Shown: positions 1 through 14,322 of the stretch, piece after piece
Numbering within the stretch: position 1 is the first letter of the stretch
How the letters are laid out: each line of letters starts with the position of its first letter
DNA from: Bugula neritina
Taxonomy: Eukaryota > Animalia > Bryozoa
Reading direction: 5' to 3'
Assembly: GCA_964035545.1 (NCBI GenBank)
Contig: OZ037765.1
Location: 30,317,504-30,381,503, forward strand
Length of the DNA stretch: 64,000 nt
Translations under genes and position numbers: made by a program
Notes under the pieces: generated by a model
What the model was told of the DNA's origin: nothing
The model's database searches: none
What the model saw: the letters and a program-made list of their open reading frames with translations, nothing else

Positions 1-3000
1 GCCAGAAGCCACACCCAGCAGGCAATACACGCCTCCATAGTCTTCTCACTGAAACACCTTATAGGGGCCCAGCAGAGTGTGTGAAGGAGTTGTCTGTGCA
101 TGTTAGTAGAGCCAGACTTCATACTCGTTAGGAAAGCACAAATCCTAAACAGGCACTGAGAAAGCTGGTCGTTATCTACAATGAGGTAAAACAGACAGTT
201 TAAAGTAACCGGTTTAGTAACATTACATATAGCAGTCTAATTAATTTAATTAATTAACAGGAAAATATTTAATAATTTAATTTGATGAGGTTTTCAATTT
301 GTTTTATTCTCTTTTTTGGCTGAATTCTGTAAGAAATACCAGGTAAGTAGATTTGAAGTGATCTTTAAATTATTAGAAATACATTCACGTGTATGCTGTG
401 TTTCAAATGACAAACCGTTTGCATTTTCAGCTTCAGAAAGGTTGGTGAGAAACAACTTCACTAAATGATCCACATTTCCCTGAAACGCAGCTTTCATTCC
501 AGTAATTTCTCCCATATACCTCGATCTTATATTGAAATGAACCATGAATTGTGAGGCGCCCACATTCCGTCCCTAAAAACACCTCATACAATAGAATATG
601 ATTATATAGTTCATCTGTGGACAGCATAAAATATTCAGTTTAATTAGATTTTATTCGATATACGAAGACCTAAAAACAAGCAGAACAAAGCAGCATTAAC
701 AATTTTAAGGAGAACAAATTCAATAAAATTGTATCGAGAAATCAAGGATTGAGCCAAAAGCAATCACAGCCATGTAACACGATGCTATGACCGCATTGAG
801 CAGCAATCAGGGATGGGTTAGCCAATCAGCTGTGTGAACAGTTCATTCTTTAGTCTGATTCAACCAAAAATATAAGAACAGTAAACTGAGTCCCATTAAA
901 AACATTCTAAAAAAAAACTTATAAAAGCAGGGCATTCCGAGCTTGCGACCTAAATTTAGGGGCAACAAATCTAAAAACTGGTGCTAAGAATAGTTCTTTG
1001 TATATTCCTGACTTGCATAATATTTAGACCGGCTTTATGTCAACATAAAAATAGATTGCAAGAGTACTTACAGCTGCCAAGTAGAGCTAAAGCATAACAA
1101 ATATTCATATCAGAAATGTGATACACAGGCAACTAATTGTAATAATCAACAAAACAGAAAACAAATATCAAAAACATAGTAACCATCCACAACGTTTGCA
1201 TTTGACCAAATATTCATGTTTTTTAATTATGAACTCATGTAGAAATAAAATTGCAGTGTCTTAAATTGTAATTTTGTCTAATAGAAATCTGTGATTACAG
1301 TCACAACTATAAAATATTAACATCAAAAAAGTCATTTGGAGATATTTAATTAAATCAAACTACACATTATCTTATAACCTAACGCAACGTATTGAGCTCA
1401 AAATATACTTCAGTCATCCATGAAGAGAAACAGATTTTAGCATTTAGTGAGAATATTCCATGTTTCAGAGAAAAGGGAGAGTAACTACCATAGTGAGAAA
1501 CTTTCAGTGCAAATGTGTTACACGGACTAATAATCTGGTAAGAACAAGTCAACAGAGCTAGGGCTATAAGTCTATAGTACTAGGGCTACAAGCCGCAAAT
1601 ACCTGGATGTTACTCGGGCTGTTGGAGTAGCCAGCGTGCGCGAGGACTGTGCCAGTGGCTGGCATGATGCCAGAGTGACTCGAAAGGCTGACGGTTGACT
1701 CAACCTCTATCAGGTACTCAATCAGACAAGATCTCACGGACTGCGGGGTGAAGTTCATCGCCTCCTTCAGTATGCCCGCACTCCTTTCTGCAAAGTCTTG
1801 GATGGTTTGCTAAAAATATTTTAGACTTTGAAATAATGTTCAAGAAGGTTAAAAGTTTTCCAACACTGTTTATAAATTAAACATTATATAAATAATGCTT
1901 ATTTATTATTATTTACCAATGACCCTAGAATATTTATGTGTTTGGTTAGTTACTCTGATAGTTCCACTAAACAGTAGCAAAGAGCAAAAGGTGGCAGTGG
2001 CAGCAGGCGGTCACTTGCCGCTGCTGTGTGTTTACCTGCCGCTGACTTATATTGTCGTGAATGCGGATAGAAAACGGAGTGTTTGGAATGAGAATGTTGG
2101 GAGCCTCTTTGTGGGGGTCAGAGTTGAGAGATTGTCCAAGACACTGGAGTATGTTTAGCATAGTTCGGAGCACCTGCACGCACATGATAAGCACATGATA
2201 TACAATCAGCTGAATATCGGACACCACTGAGACAGCACAAATTCAAAGTAAATAAAAAAATGTCTGGCACAAATATTGCCAAGTTCTGATTAGTAAAATT
2301 AGCCTTACAAAAAGAAATATAAGCTGTTCAATCTAATTTAATTCTAAATAACTATCAAGATTACATTTTCTAAACAAAGATTAGTACCTATATGCTATTC
2401 AGTGAATATAAAAAGTAAAATTTGTATATGCAACACCGATGTCACTAGCCATACCTGTCACATACAGACAGACTGGCATTTTACAAGTGACATAGCACCT
2501 GTCACATACATGCTACTATTGACACTTGGCCACATACCTGTCCATTCCACAGCAGGTGAGGGAACTTGCCGATGAGTCCAGTCAGGTACTTGTCAGCCAC
2601 TCTTCTCATTCTCTTGTGGACATTATTGAACTGCACCAACAGGAAGTGGGCGTGGAACACCAGCTCATTCTCTCTATCTACATTCTGCGGCTAAAAGTCA
2701 GATGATCAACACAACATGAAATAATAGAAAGTTTGAATAATACTACAATATTAATACGATCTGTTTATGAATAGATAAGTAACGCCAACATAGGCTAAAA
2801 CTTGTAAATTTGAGCTTTAATTTCCATAAGCATGCATGTTGGATAATAACAATAAAGGCAAATAAATTTAGCAGCAAACTCAACTTGGAGTATAGAAACA
2901 CATAATAAATTAAAATATCAGTTGGTATTTTGAGTAGGCACAAACGAAATTTATTTGAAATTAATTATATTTAAATAAAATGCTTTTAATGATCCTTTGA

Positions 3001-6000
3001 CACCTTTTAGAACTTGAACAAATTTGAAACGATCACTGAGTATAACTAGCAATACTCTTTTCACTGTAAACACATGATACTATACAAAATAACAAGATAG
3101 TCATGTTCAAACGGGTATCATTTAAAAATGTAGTCACATGACAACTTTGCCTTTTCATATTATGAAATTTACAAAATTTTATTACAAATAGATTAAGTAA
3201 ATCCTTTGTAATAAAAAAGTGCACAGAAGAGCATTAAAAATACATTAAGAGTGACTTTAAACACAAATTAATTGAAATTACAGTGTTTATGCACACAGGT
3301 GTGTCAGTCAACATTGAAACATAGAATCGTTTTATAACAAAACTAGACAATTGAATTTTTGTAGCCAGAGTAAATGTTGAGCTATTAGAAGAGAAGACAA
3401 TTACTGCTACTGCACAATATCTTATACTGCCATCAAGTGACACATTAATGGCAGCGTGTAGTTGAGACCTACGGAAAAGTAATTAATTAAATGGACATAT
3501 TTTTTTACCTAATGTATACTAGATATTGCATATATAAACAAAGCAACAATTGCTTTATCGTAATAATATTAATTTTGAAAATATGTAGGCTGAAAATAAA
3601 TATTGTGTAAAGCACATGAATTATAGCCTATCCGAAATTAAATAGGATTTCAAGCTTTTTACACAAAAATTAGGTACTTTTAAAAACGTGATTATCAAGC
3701 AAAAACTAAAAAGATAGAAATGTCTCTCAAACAAGCCTTTTTTATTGCTTTTGTAATATTATCAAATTATATAATTTACTTTTAAATAAAAATTAAATTA
3801 AGTTTATAAGAATGAATGCATCTATTTTTTTCGAGGGAAATGTAATTAAAATAATGCATAGACTTGCAAAAATAAAGAGTTATAATACAAACATAATGCA
3901 TGTGTATGTAAATAGATATGTGCTCTGGGTATGAACAGAGTCAAACACATGAAGTGTGGTTTACCTCCAGACTGTTTGGTATCTACAACATATTAGTGTT
4001 GCACACGTCTACATGGATACAGCATTACAAGATTTATCCAATTTTTAAGTCTTTTGTTGAAGATTTTGCCCCATCATTCTAGTACAATTTATTGCAATGT
4101 CTACGAGTGTTACTTAAAGCTCGTTATGAGGCTGCTGAAAAATCTTTTTTCAACATATTCAACTTATGATACATTGTGAGGGACTCAAATAGGTGTAATC
4201 TGCACCTACCTTTGGCTTTATTGAGACTTAAACCAAAAACGCTGCATCTCACCCCCTCCCTGCTCACATATGCTCTACACCTCTCCGTGTATTACATGCT
4301 CTCTAACTCGTGTCTTACACCCCTTTGTATCCTACACCCCCCCTCTCACCCATTCCCTACACCCCTCTCACCATGCATCACACCCCTCTCACCATGTTCT
4401 ACACCCCTCTAAGTGCTACATCTCTCCCACAACATTCTCACATCTAGTAATGAGAATATTGAGGTTTGGCTTCTACACACAGGGAAACAACTCTACAAAC
4501 AACTAGTTGGTCAAATGGGATGTACCTTGCAAGCCATCTTTTCCAGAAACTCCTTGAAGGCCGTGTCAGTTATGCACCGTATACATGACCACATCTGGGC
4601 TTTGTCGTTGAATATGCTGGAGTCCTCCAGGTACATGAACAGACACTGATATGCTATGGGGTCATCGGAATACTGTACTCTGCAATAAACACAGGAATAA
4701 TTTGCTTCTATATATAATATAACTATATAATTAAACGTAATACCTAAATAACAGTACAATGTGGCTCTAATAGTATATTATAATAATATAATACAATATG
4801 GCTATAGTAACAACTCTAGTACAACATAACATAATAAATAAGGACATAGTATAACATAATAAATTAACCAATAACATAGTAAAAAAATTATTATATTATT
4901 TCACATAATACAACATTAGATATATAACATGAAAATTTCCACTTATATAATAACACAGTAACATTGCATTGAGAGCACGCAGGGTGAGTTTTTCATTCAA
5001 CTCTAAATACAAAGAAAAATAACACTAATATCGATACAAAAGCAGCAGATTTGAGCAGTACAACACTTTGTGAGACCAGAACAAGCTGGTAGAGCACAGA
5101 ACACACACCTCAGTGTCTCCAGTTTGTAGACAGCTAGAAGGTAGAGACACTGGTTGAAGTTCATCTTGTTGACAAAGTTGATGATGTCGGGCGGGTGACC
5201 TAGCAGACGTATGATGTTAGACCTGAGCTCTATCACCTCATTCTACAATGTCGACCATATTAGCAATAGTTAAATTTATAGTCGATGCAGTAATTATACA
5301 CAATGCAGTTTCTATCCTCAAAACAATGTAATCGAAATTTTATCCACACAATTGTTGATTTTTTAAATAAAACTGAGTGAAAAATTTAATTTTACATGTG
5401 AAGCTACACAAATAGGTTGTGTTAAAATAACCTGACCAACTACTTCATTATATAAATGAAACAGTTTCAATACAACCTTCACAGAAAGTGCTTCAACTAA
5501 AACAAAGTATACTTCAGTATACTGCCCTGTTTCACTGCCCTGCTTCCCTGTAACCCCAACTTAATACGAATGCATAGATAAACCAACACAAAGTCAAATA
5601 AGAGAGAACTTACCGGTGCAACATGCTCTTCTCTTATGGCAGTCGTGTGGAGCAGCTCAGATCTCAAGTGCTCCTTGGATATCAGAGGGGGAGAACGTGT
5701 GGCAACCAGACACACCCCCTCGTACCACTCTGCTGGCCAGTGAGACACTACAGGCACATAACAATGAGTCATGGTGATTTACTAAAGAGTATGAGTCATG
5801 GAAATTAACTAAAGAGTATGAGTCATGGTGATTTACTAATGAGTATGAGTCATGGTAATTTACTAATGAGTATGAGTCATGGTAATTTACTAATGAGTAT
5901 GAGTCATAGTAATTAACTAATGAGTATGAGTCATGGTAATTTACTAATGAGTATGAGTCATGGTAATTAACTAATGAGTATGAGTCATGGTAATTTACTA

Positions 6001-9000
6001 ATGAGTATGAGTCATGGTAATTAACTAATGAGTATGAGTCATGGTAATTTACTAATGAGTATGAGTCATGGTAATTAACTAATGAGTATGAGTCATGTTA
6101 TTAACTAATGAGTATGAGTCGTGGTTATTAACTAACAATATAGAAATACACATGTCTACAGCATCTTTCTATTTTGTCTCCAATGTACATATACTTTGAA
6201 ATCACCTACCTTCTTTAGTGGCAAATCCCATGATGCTCACATAAAACCAAAAATCTCGAAATAGTTTGTGCAGGCGTGGTTTAGGCTCCTTAATACATGG
6301 CAGTCTAGCGAGAACCTTGGCTATGACTGGTATGAGAACGCCGAGATTTCCTGCACTGCCAGATGCCTGCATAGTAGTTAGTAGTTTAATACTATTAGTA
6401 TTATTAAGACAGGGTGCAACAGTAAATATTTAGATTTATATAATAATTTCCATATAACACTGCTACTGGTGTACTATGTAATAAAATCCAACATTTAAAA
6501 AATCACTTTCAATTGTAGTTATCTTCTCATTGCAATAGTAATTAAAAATTATATACATACTGTAGATAAGCATAGAAGAGGTAGCATGCTGAGTGTGTAT
6601 GTACTGCTATTATATACTTTAAGTTGTAATATACGGTTTAGATATATTACTGTATTCACATTAGTATAAACTTCAAGTAGTAAAATTAACATGATATATG
6701 AAAGAACCATGCTGTAGCTTATTTAAAGTGTGAAATGGCCCTGAACTAACTTTGAGAGCATTTGATGTCTTCACTGAATGCTGCTTGGCATCTAGTCCAA
6801 GCTGAACGAAGAGCTCAAGCATTCGAATAAGGAAGTCCATGAGGTCTCCTTCCCCTTGCATGTTCTCAGCTATAGACTTGAAAGACTCAATAATCTTTCC
6901 AGCCACAGACCTGTACTTGTACACATTGCCTACAGTAACAATACCACAGTATAACAAAGGCTGGGGGCGTAGAGGGCACCCCGCCATAACAATGTATATA
7001 CTACTGCAGTTTACAGTCTATAATGCAGTTCAGAAGTAAGTTATGAGCTCTTTTGGGTTAAAATACAAATCACTACAATAACTTCATTAGTCAACTTAAT
7101 CAAGCTTTAATGGTAATTTCACAACTTGAAATATAAGTAGAAGATAGGTTAGTAACAGCAAAGTTCTCTTTATTATTCGAACATCTTTAAATTATTAAAA
7201 TATTCTTTGCATATAAACAGTAATAATTCAGCTTCTATTCTACTAGACAGCTTCTATTCTACTAGATAGCTTCTATTCTACTAGACAGCTTCTATTCTAC
7301 TAGACAGCTTCTATTCTACTAGACAGCTTCTATTCTACTAGACAGCTTCTATTCTACTAGACAGCTTCTATTCTACTAGACAGCTTCTATTCTACTAGAC
7401 AGCTTCTATTCTACTAGACAGCTTCTATTCTACTAGACAGCTTCTATTCTACTAGACAGCTTCTATTCTACTAGACAGCTTCTATTCTACTAGACAGCTT
7501 CTATTCTACTAGATAGCTTCTATTCTACTAGACAGCTTCTATTCTACTAGACAGCTTCTATTCTTCTAGACAGCTTCTATTCCACTAGACAGCTTCTATT
7601 CTACTAGACAGCTTCTATTCTACTAGACAGCTTCTATTCTACTAGACAGCTTCTATTCTACTAGATAGCTTCTATTCTACTAGACAGCTTCTATTCCACT
7701 AGACAGCTTCTATTCTACTAGACAGCTTCTATTCTACTAGACAGCTTCTATTCTACTAGACAGCTTCTATTCTACTAGATAGCTTCTATTCCACTAAATA
7801 GCTTCTATTCTACTAGACAGCCCTCACCAGTTCCTTCAGGGTGGTAGGCCTGGCTACTCTCCATACAGATCTTAGTGAACATTTGCATCACTTCAGGATA
7901 CACAGTTGGCTACAATAACACAGCATAGTATAACATAGTATGAGTATAACATCGTATGAGTATAACACAGTATATCATAGTATGAGTATAACATAGTATA
8001 TCATAGTATGAGTATAACACAGTATATCATAGTATGAGTATAACACAGTATATCATAGTATGAGTATAACACAGTATAGCATAGTGTGAGTATAACATAG
8101 TGTGAGTATAACACAGTATAACATAGTATGAGTGTAACATAGTATGACTATAACATAATATGAGTATAACATAGTATAGGTATAACACAGTATAACATAG
8201 TGTGAGTATAACATAGTGTGAGTATAACATAGTGTGAGTATAACACAGTATATCACAGTATGAGTATAACACAGTATGAGTATAACATAGTAAGAGTATA
8301 ACATAATATTGTATAATATAGTAAGAGTACAGATTAAGCTCACTGTAATATTGAATGACAAATGGTAGTATTGTAGAAAACATCATTTAACTTGATAGTT
8401 GTACTCTTCATATACCTACTCAGTAGCTGAGCTATAATTCATATTACTGCATTTCAATAATTAAGAAGACAACTTCCAACTATTTTCATGTAGCTTATCA
8501 ACCCAGACCAAACTAAATACATTAATTTTTACAGTGTTTGAAGCTGAACTAAACTCAATTTTAAAGTTGAAGAACAAGTTTTGAGTCACATCCATGGGGA
8601 GATTACTCACGCAGCCAGCTATCACGATATTAGCCATCTGATCCACAATGATAGCGTCCAGAGCAGACGGTGGAGTGCAGAACCTCTGCTGAAAGATCTG
8701 CATAACCAGCTGCACAGTGCGTCTGTTCTGAGTGTAGCGAAGGTTCACACCAACGTACCCGAGGGTGAGGATGGCATTGGTAGATATCAACTGCGACTCC
8801 CTGAAGCAGTAAAATTCAGAGTTTGTAAAGTGAAAACCAACAAAATTTTTAGCGGACAAAATTTATTATTAATAAATCTTAAAAATATTTTCTTTGACCT
8901 CAATACAAATTTTTAATTATGTGTGTATAGATTAAATAACATCCTATATACAAAATGTCACTGTTTTATGTTTGTGAATTGAGAAAGATTTTCATAAATT

Positions 9001-12000
9001 ATGTCAGAAAATAGTTCAAGAAATTGACATGGTGAAAACTCGCCTGTCATTGTCTTCAGCTATGTATAGTCTGTTTGATAAAGAGGCTAGGAATGCTAGA
9101 ATGCAGTCACTGTCTTCATTCAGCCCTGATCGCAGAGCTCTGGGAGAAATAAAGGTCATCAACATTACAACCGTAAGATACAGCAAATTTTAAATTGTTG
9201 CCTATCGCCATTTTTAAAAAAAGTTTAGAAATCAGAAAAGCATGAAAGACATGATTAAAAACCTGAAGATCACTGTAATATATCATCAAAAAAGAAGTAA
9301 CATTGAAGCAACTTCGTCACTATAAAGTTCATATTACTTTTAATCAATCGCAGAAAAATACTCGAAAAACCGAATCTACGATGAAAATAACAGACGTCCA
9401 GAAGAACTCACGTGCAGACGTTCTTCATAGCCACGTTTCTGAGTTGAAAAAACGCATCAGTAATTTTATTGGCCATGGACGACCTCATAGAAACAGTGGA
9501 GAGCCTGTCATCCTGGTCAGAAGAGAGAGAAACCTTCGCCGGAGTTCCTCGTTTGCTGGAGCTCTTCTTACTAGAGAGAACTTCCGAGTGGCGATTGAGA
9601 CGGTCAATGATGGGTGAAGGTGATACTAGAAACTCTCTCAAGGTTGTCACAATAGCATTAGCTAATCCCGGGAACTTCTCAGCCATTGCTCCTAACATCT
9701 GCAAGGAAGAACGACAACCCATCTTTCAAAAATGGTGGTTTTTATTCGGCTGAAGCTTCATAGCATTCAACATCAGCTGAGTATACTTTAGATTGATGGG
9801 CTGAAAATTTTTTATACAGTTGAATATCAGAGGTGTAACAGTCATACCTCAATGCATGTGACCACTAGGGGGAGCTGCAGGAGAATATACTTAAGGTTGT
9901 GATTGCCGTTGATCCTTTCTGCAATGCGATGAAGTAACACCTCTTCAGCATCTACAACCACACATACATATTCACACCTTTCACCAACTTTATCAAACAA
10001 GTATATCAACTTAAGACTCAACAACACCATTATATAATTGTTCCCTGGAAAGCACTCACAGTGGTAATGTACAAACTATAATCCACAGTACAACACTGCT
10101 AAATTTATTTCCTAGGTCTTATATATTTACATGGTCTTTAGAAATCTTCTTCAACCGCTCTTTACTACTACCACTCTTTACTACTACCACTCTTTACTAC
10201 TACTACTCTTTACTACTACCACTCTTTACTATTACCACTCTTTACTACTACCACTCTTTACTACTACCACTCTTTACTACTTCTACAAAATTTCCATAAT
10301 CTAATATTCCAGAACATTCTACGGAATAAGAGAACACAAACCCGACTCGTCTGCTGTAGCCCACAGAACCAACTGAACACTGACTGAGGTGTTGGCTACG
10401 GAGAGCTCCCCAAAGTTGATATTGACTTTATCCGCTGATGCAACATTACTTTTGGAAGAAGCTGAGCCCTTTTGGTCAAGACTGTCGGTGAAACTGCTTG
10501 TGAACATTTGCTTGGCAAACTCCAGCACCTCCTTGATAAACTCCTCCTTGATATCTGCGTGTATAAACATATAGCCAAAATAGATAAAAACAAGCACTTA
10601 TACAGGGCCTCCTTTGAAGAAACCCGTTCATACAAAGAACCAAGGCTAACATTCTTTAATAAAAAATAAAATTAAAGTTTAAATGATAAATAAAAACTTC
10701 ACAAAAAATCCAGATGTTGAGTTATATTAGTTTTAAACTAACAAAAATTGTAGACAATATTTCATGCTTCGATTTTCAAACCTATTGAAAAACTAATTAA
10801 AACTAGTACTGTACATTTCTCATAACATTCTACAAACTAAAGCAGCAACCTTTCTGGTGCAGAAGTACGTCTCTCAGCATTGACATGAGAGTCAGACTCA
10901 GTAGGCCGCTGTATGTTTTATACGGCAGCTTGTTGAGTGTTGATGCAGAGCTCTGACTGGTGATAGTGTGCTCCAGTAGCATCTCGTCTAGTCTCGACGG
11001 AACGTCACTTAGTAACAGGTTCTTGCACTAAAATTCACAAACATGACACCAACAGTGTGTGAATGGAACACTGGATGTTTATTAAACCCTACATGTGCGC
11101 TGTGTTGAGTGTTGTGGTATGTTGCTTGTGTACAAAACAGGTGATGGCATTTTAATTTTATAATATCTGATCACAGTACATTAGAGCACTTGTACCACCT
11201 TAATCATCAGGCAGAGAGAAAAGAACGCTATAAAAATTCACTCAACATAGAAATGAAAAATTTTTTTTATTAATAATTGTTCTGAGTTTAAGGCAAAAAA
11301 CATAAATTAAGAAGTTAATCAGTAATTGTGTAGCAGAATAATTATCTTTAGGTTTTGTGAACCAACACTCTTCAAACCAACCTAATCACTAGAAGTAAGA
11401 GCTAACAATAACAAAAGAAGTGTACACACCAATTGAAATACAGAGTTGAGCTGGTCCATGCTGAGGAAGAAATGCTCCGTGTCATGTCTTTCAGCGTAAG
11501 AATCTATAGCTTCGGATAAACTAGTACCGGCCTTAAACAAGAGTATACAATTGCTAACACCAATATGTTTATTGACAATAAGTAAAAAGTGATAACTTAC
11601 CTCAACAAATTAACTTACAGTAAAAAGTGATTACTTACCTCAACAGATTAACTTACAGTAAAAAGTGATTACTTACCTCAACAAATTAACTTACAGTAAA
11701 AATGATAACTTACCTCAACAGATTAACTTACAGTAAAAATGATTACTTACCTCAACAAATTAATTTACAGTAAAAAAGAACTGGTGTCAAAGATAATTTA
11801 CAACAGAGAAAATTTAAAAATTAATGCCAAAAGATAACTTACAGTGGAGAAAAAGTAAGTACTAATGTCAATAGAATCATCAAATTTGCTCTTCTTGCCT
11901 TGCTTCTTTTCAATATTTTGTGTAAGAATAGAGGCGGGCTGATTAGGTCTGAGTTGGCAAGGAAAGAGTTTATTAAACACCAAAGGGTTGGTATCCCTTG

Positions 12001-14322
12001 CAAATGCTCTGATTGAACCAATTAATACCGGCATATAGAATTGACAGATCAAATCTAAAACATTAGCAATGTATAACATGTGAATATGTCAAAATAAAAT
12101 ACCACATGTATTCAGTTTTTGATACAAGTTGTTTAGCTGTATAGAAAACTGAAAATATTTTGGGCATATAAATATGTATTAAAACGTTTTTTGTAAGTTT
12201 TAAGAATCATACTAGAGAGCATATCTTCTTATACCTTACCTCGTGGGGTGTTATCATCCGCAACGAGCTTTGATAATGTTTCCATCAAATCCATTTGAGT
12301 AGAAATGATCTAATCAAATACATTAGTATTCTTTATTTCATATCATTGGTAAATACTTACAACATAATGAAATATATTTTCAGCAGCAGAAAATATAATA
12401 TTAATATTTTTAAAATGTAAACATAGAATAAACACTGTATAGCAATACATCACTGGTTACATGCTTTTATTAGTCAGTATAATAGCTTTTCACTAAGAAT
12501 TACCAAGGTGAACCATAAATTAATTTCTAAATATAAACTTAGCTGAACGGTTCTTAGAAACTTTGGGTAAATGAACATTTTCTCAGATGATATAAAGCAC
12601 ACCTGTACTGAGTTACTTGATAGGATAACTTACGCTCTGCTCAGTGGCGATGTCCTCAGAGATAGATATGACATCACACAGCAAACAGTTGAGAGAGAAG
12701 GAAAAGCATTCAGGAGTGGGGAGCTCTGCAAACATTAGTATATGTCTTTCACAAATGAATATATTTCACAAAGCTTTGTGTCAGTAAATTTGTAAAACAA
12801 GAGACAAGTTTAAAAAAAAGCAACCTTTAAATTCAGTGTAACTACTAGCAATGAATAATGAATAATGTCCTAAAAAAACTAATTTTCAATTAATGTGATT
12901 GACTCAGCTAGTAGGGCAAGCAATTTTATTGTAAATAAAAAACAATGATACATTTCAATAGCTGATAAAAGATTTTTGAAAAGTTAGTAAAAATTTGTGT
13001 TATCTTCAGCTTAAAAAACAGTTTTGCAAACAACAGATGCCAGTATCACAATATAATTGAATGTACTTTTTAATCCAATGTCTCACCAAGTTTTGTTAAA
13101 AATGATTTAATTGGTAAATTTTTTTGCAGTTTTTATTAAGCAGAATAACTGAAGAGCACTTACTTTGACTTTTATATGACTGGAAGTTTTCAGACTCCCA
13201 TTTAGCATTTGGTAAAGACTTTAGCACTTTCAGCAAGTATGGAAGAATCTTTTCAGGAAACTAAATCAGAAAAACATTCATTAGACAGAGTTTAACAGCT
13301 GAGAGAAAATATGGACTGAATTATGCTATCATTTCATTAAAATTATCACCAACAAGATTTTGGTCCTTTTTCACAAAACCCGTTTTTCAAAAGTTGACCA
13401 GCTATACATGAACACTGCTACACTAAAACCCTTGTTATGTCTAAATTAATAGCATTCCATAAACATCACCTAAATAGTTTAACAACTTGCAGTTAATCAA
13501 CAATTTGCAAATGAAAATTTCACGGCTTAAAACCTACAAAATAACCATATATATAAACTCAACTCACACAAAATTACTATGTAAAGATGCAAATTAATTG
13601 TCACAATTGTTAAATATTTAAAAATATACCATAAGCTTAGACTCCAGAAAATAAATTCCTAAAGCATGAATAGCTGTTTGGGATCTTGAACCCAACGCAA
13701 TGCTTCCATCTTCTTCAACTTTTGGACAAAGGTTTAGTATATAGCTACCCTGTTACATATAAGTATATATAGCAATCAACTTGTGTTCACCCAAAAAGTT
13801 ACATATTACTCATTTCTATAAGTAGAATTTGGACTTTAACAATCAAGTGGGCCCTCTGCACAGCTGGGCAAGTAATTTTTCACAGTTGAAGTTAATTGGA
13901 AGGCAATTGGTTATTTTCTACACAGAACTATTTCAACCACAGCAAGAAACACTCATGAAAAACTTGAATATACGTGAATGATTAATGATACCCGTTCAAG
14001 AGTTTTAATCACAGCAAATACAATAATCATAATGGTAAGGCTGATGTAATCTCTAAAAAGAGTAATGAGAAATTAAGGCACAATAATAATCATAATGAAA
14101 TATGTAAGTAGAAATAAAGAAACTAAAATTCACGGGCACTGCCCATACCATAGGCTTCATTAACTCTTGATTTATAATTAAAATTACATGTAAGCAGAAT
14201 GAGTATATTACAAATTAAAATTGAACTGTGGGTACAGTTGAATTTCTACTTACCTTTTCCCATGGAGAAGATTTTGAGTTGGCGGCACATATTGCTAGGT
14301 GCATAATTGTTTCGGAAAACAT
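1..14322 (-). CDS. PI4KA: Phosphatidylinositol 4-kinase III alpha, 5' part (~1166 aa in window; continues beyond position 1, kinase domain outside window)
   Basis: Phase-consistent exons: 14254-14322, 13630-13749, 13164-13260, 12634-12725, 12240-12309, 11843-12054, 11430-11531, 10850-11027, 10342-10554, 9848-9951, 9412-9698, 9044-9139, 8611-8800, 7828-7909, 6751-6929, 6210-6366, 5614-5747, 5109-5242, 4526-4679, 2538-2690, 2036-2173, 1603-1809, 416-572, 1-175. Translations match remembered PI4KA motifs: [104 protein letters not shown]. Confidence 0.95.
4250..4440. repeat. C-rich degenerate repeat (acacccctctcaccatg)
   Basis: Repeated acacccc(c/t) units in a PI4KA intron; G-rich on the transcript strand. 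Confidence 0.7.
5764..6135. repeat. 27-bp minisatellite (tgagtatgagtcatggtaatt(t/a)actaa), ~14 copies
   Basis: Directly visible; begins ~15 nt from the acceptor of PI4KA exon 5614-5747. Confidence 0.95.
7229..7821. repeat. 19-bp minisatellite (cagcttctattctactaga), ~31 copies
   Basis: Directly visible, highly homogeneous; abuts the donor at 7827. Confidence 0.97.
7915..8330. repeat. Degenerate 10/16-bp satellite (agtataacatagtatg / cacagtat)
   Basis: Directly visible; abuts the acceptor at 7910; source of spurious Tyr-rich ORFs. Confidence 0.92.
10158..10281. repeat. 16-bp tandem repeat (ctctttactactacca), ~7.5 copies
   Basis: Directly visible. Confidence 0.95.
11581..11776. repeat. 37-38-bp tandem repeat containing 5' splice-site consensus copies, ~5 copies
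   Basis: Unit agtaaaaagtgattacttacctcaacaaattaacttac; on the sense (minus) strand each unit has GAG|GTAAGT and most also have ACT|GTAAGT. Confidence 0.93.

Noticed and set aside
580-669. Strong-looking acceptor at ~670 in PI4KA
   Set aside because: In-frame TAA after 9 codons; the acceptor at 573 gives the conserved sequence.
7229-7821. Regular repeat arrays as possible CRISPR (also 5764-6135 and 43170-43921)
   Set aside because: Head-to-tail units with no unique spacers, eukaryotic introns, no cas genes.
8027-8386. Tyr/Cys/His-rich ORFs (also 29925-30167 and 30633-31013)
   Set aside because: Translations of intronic satellites; no splice or homology support.
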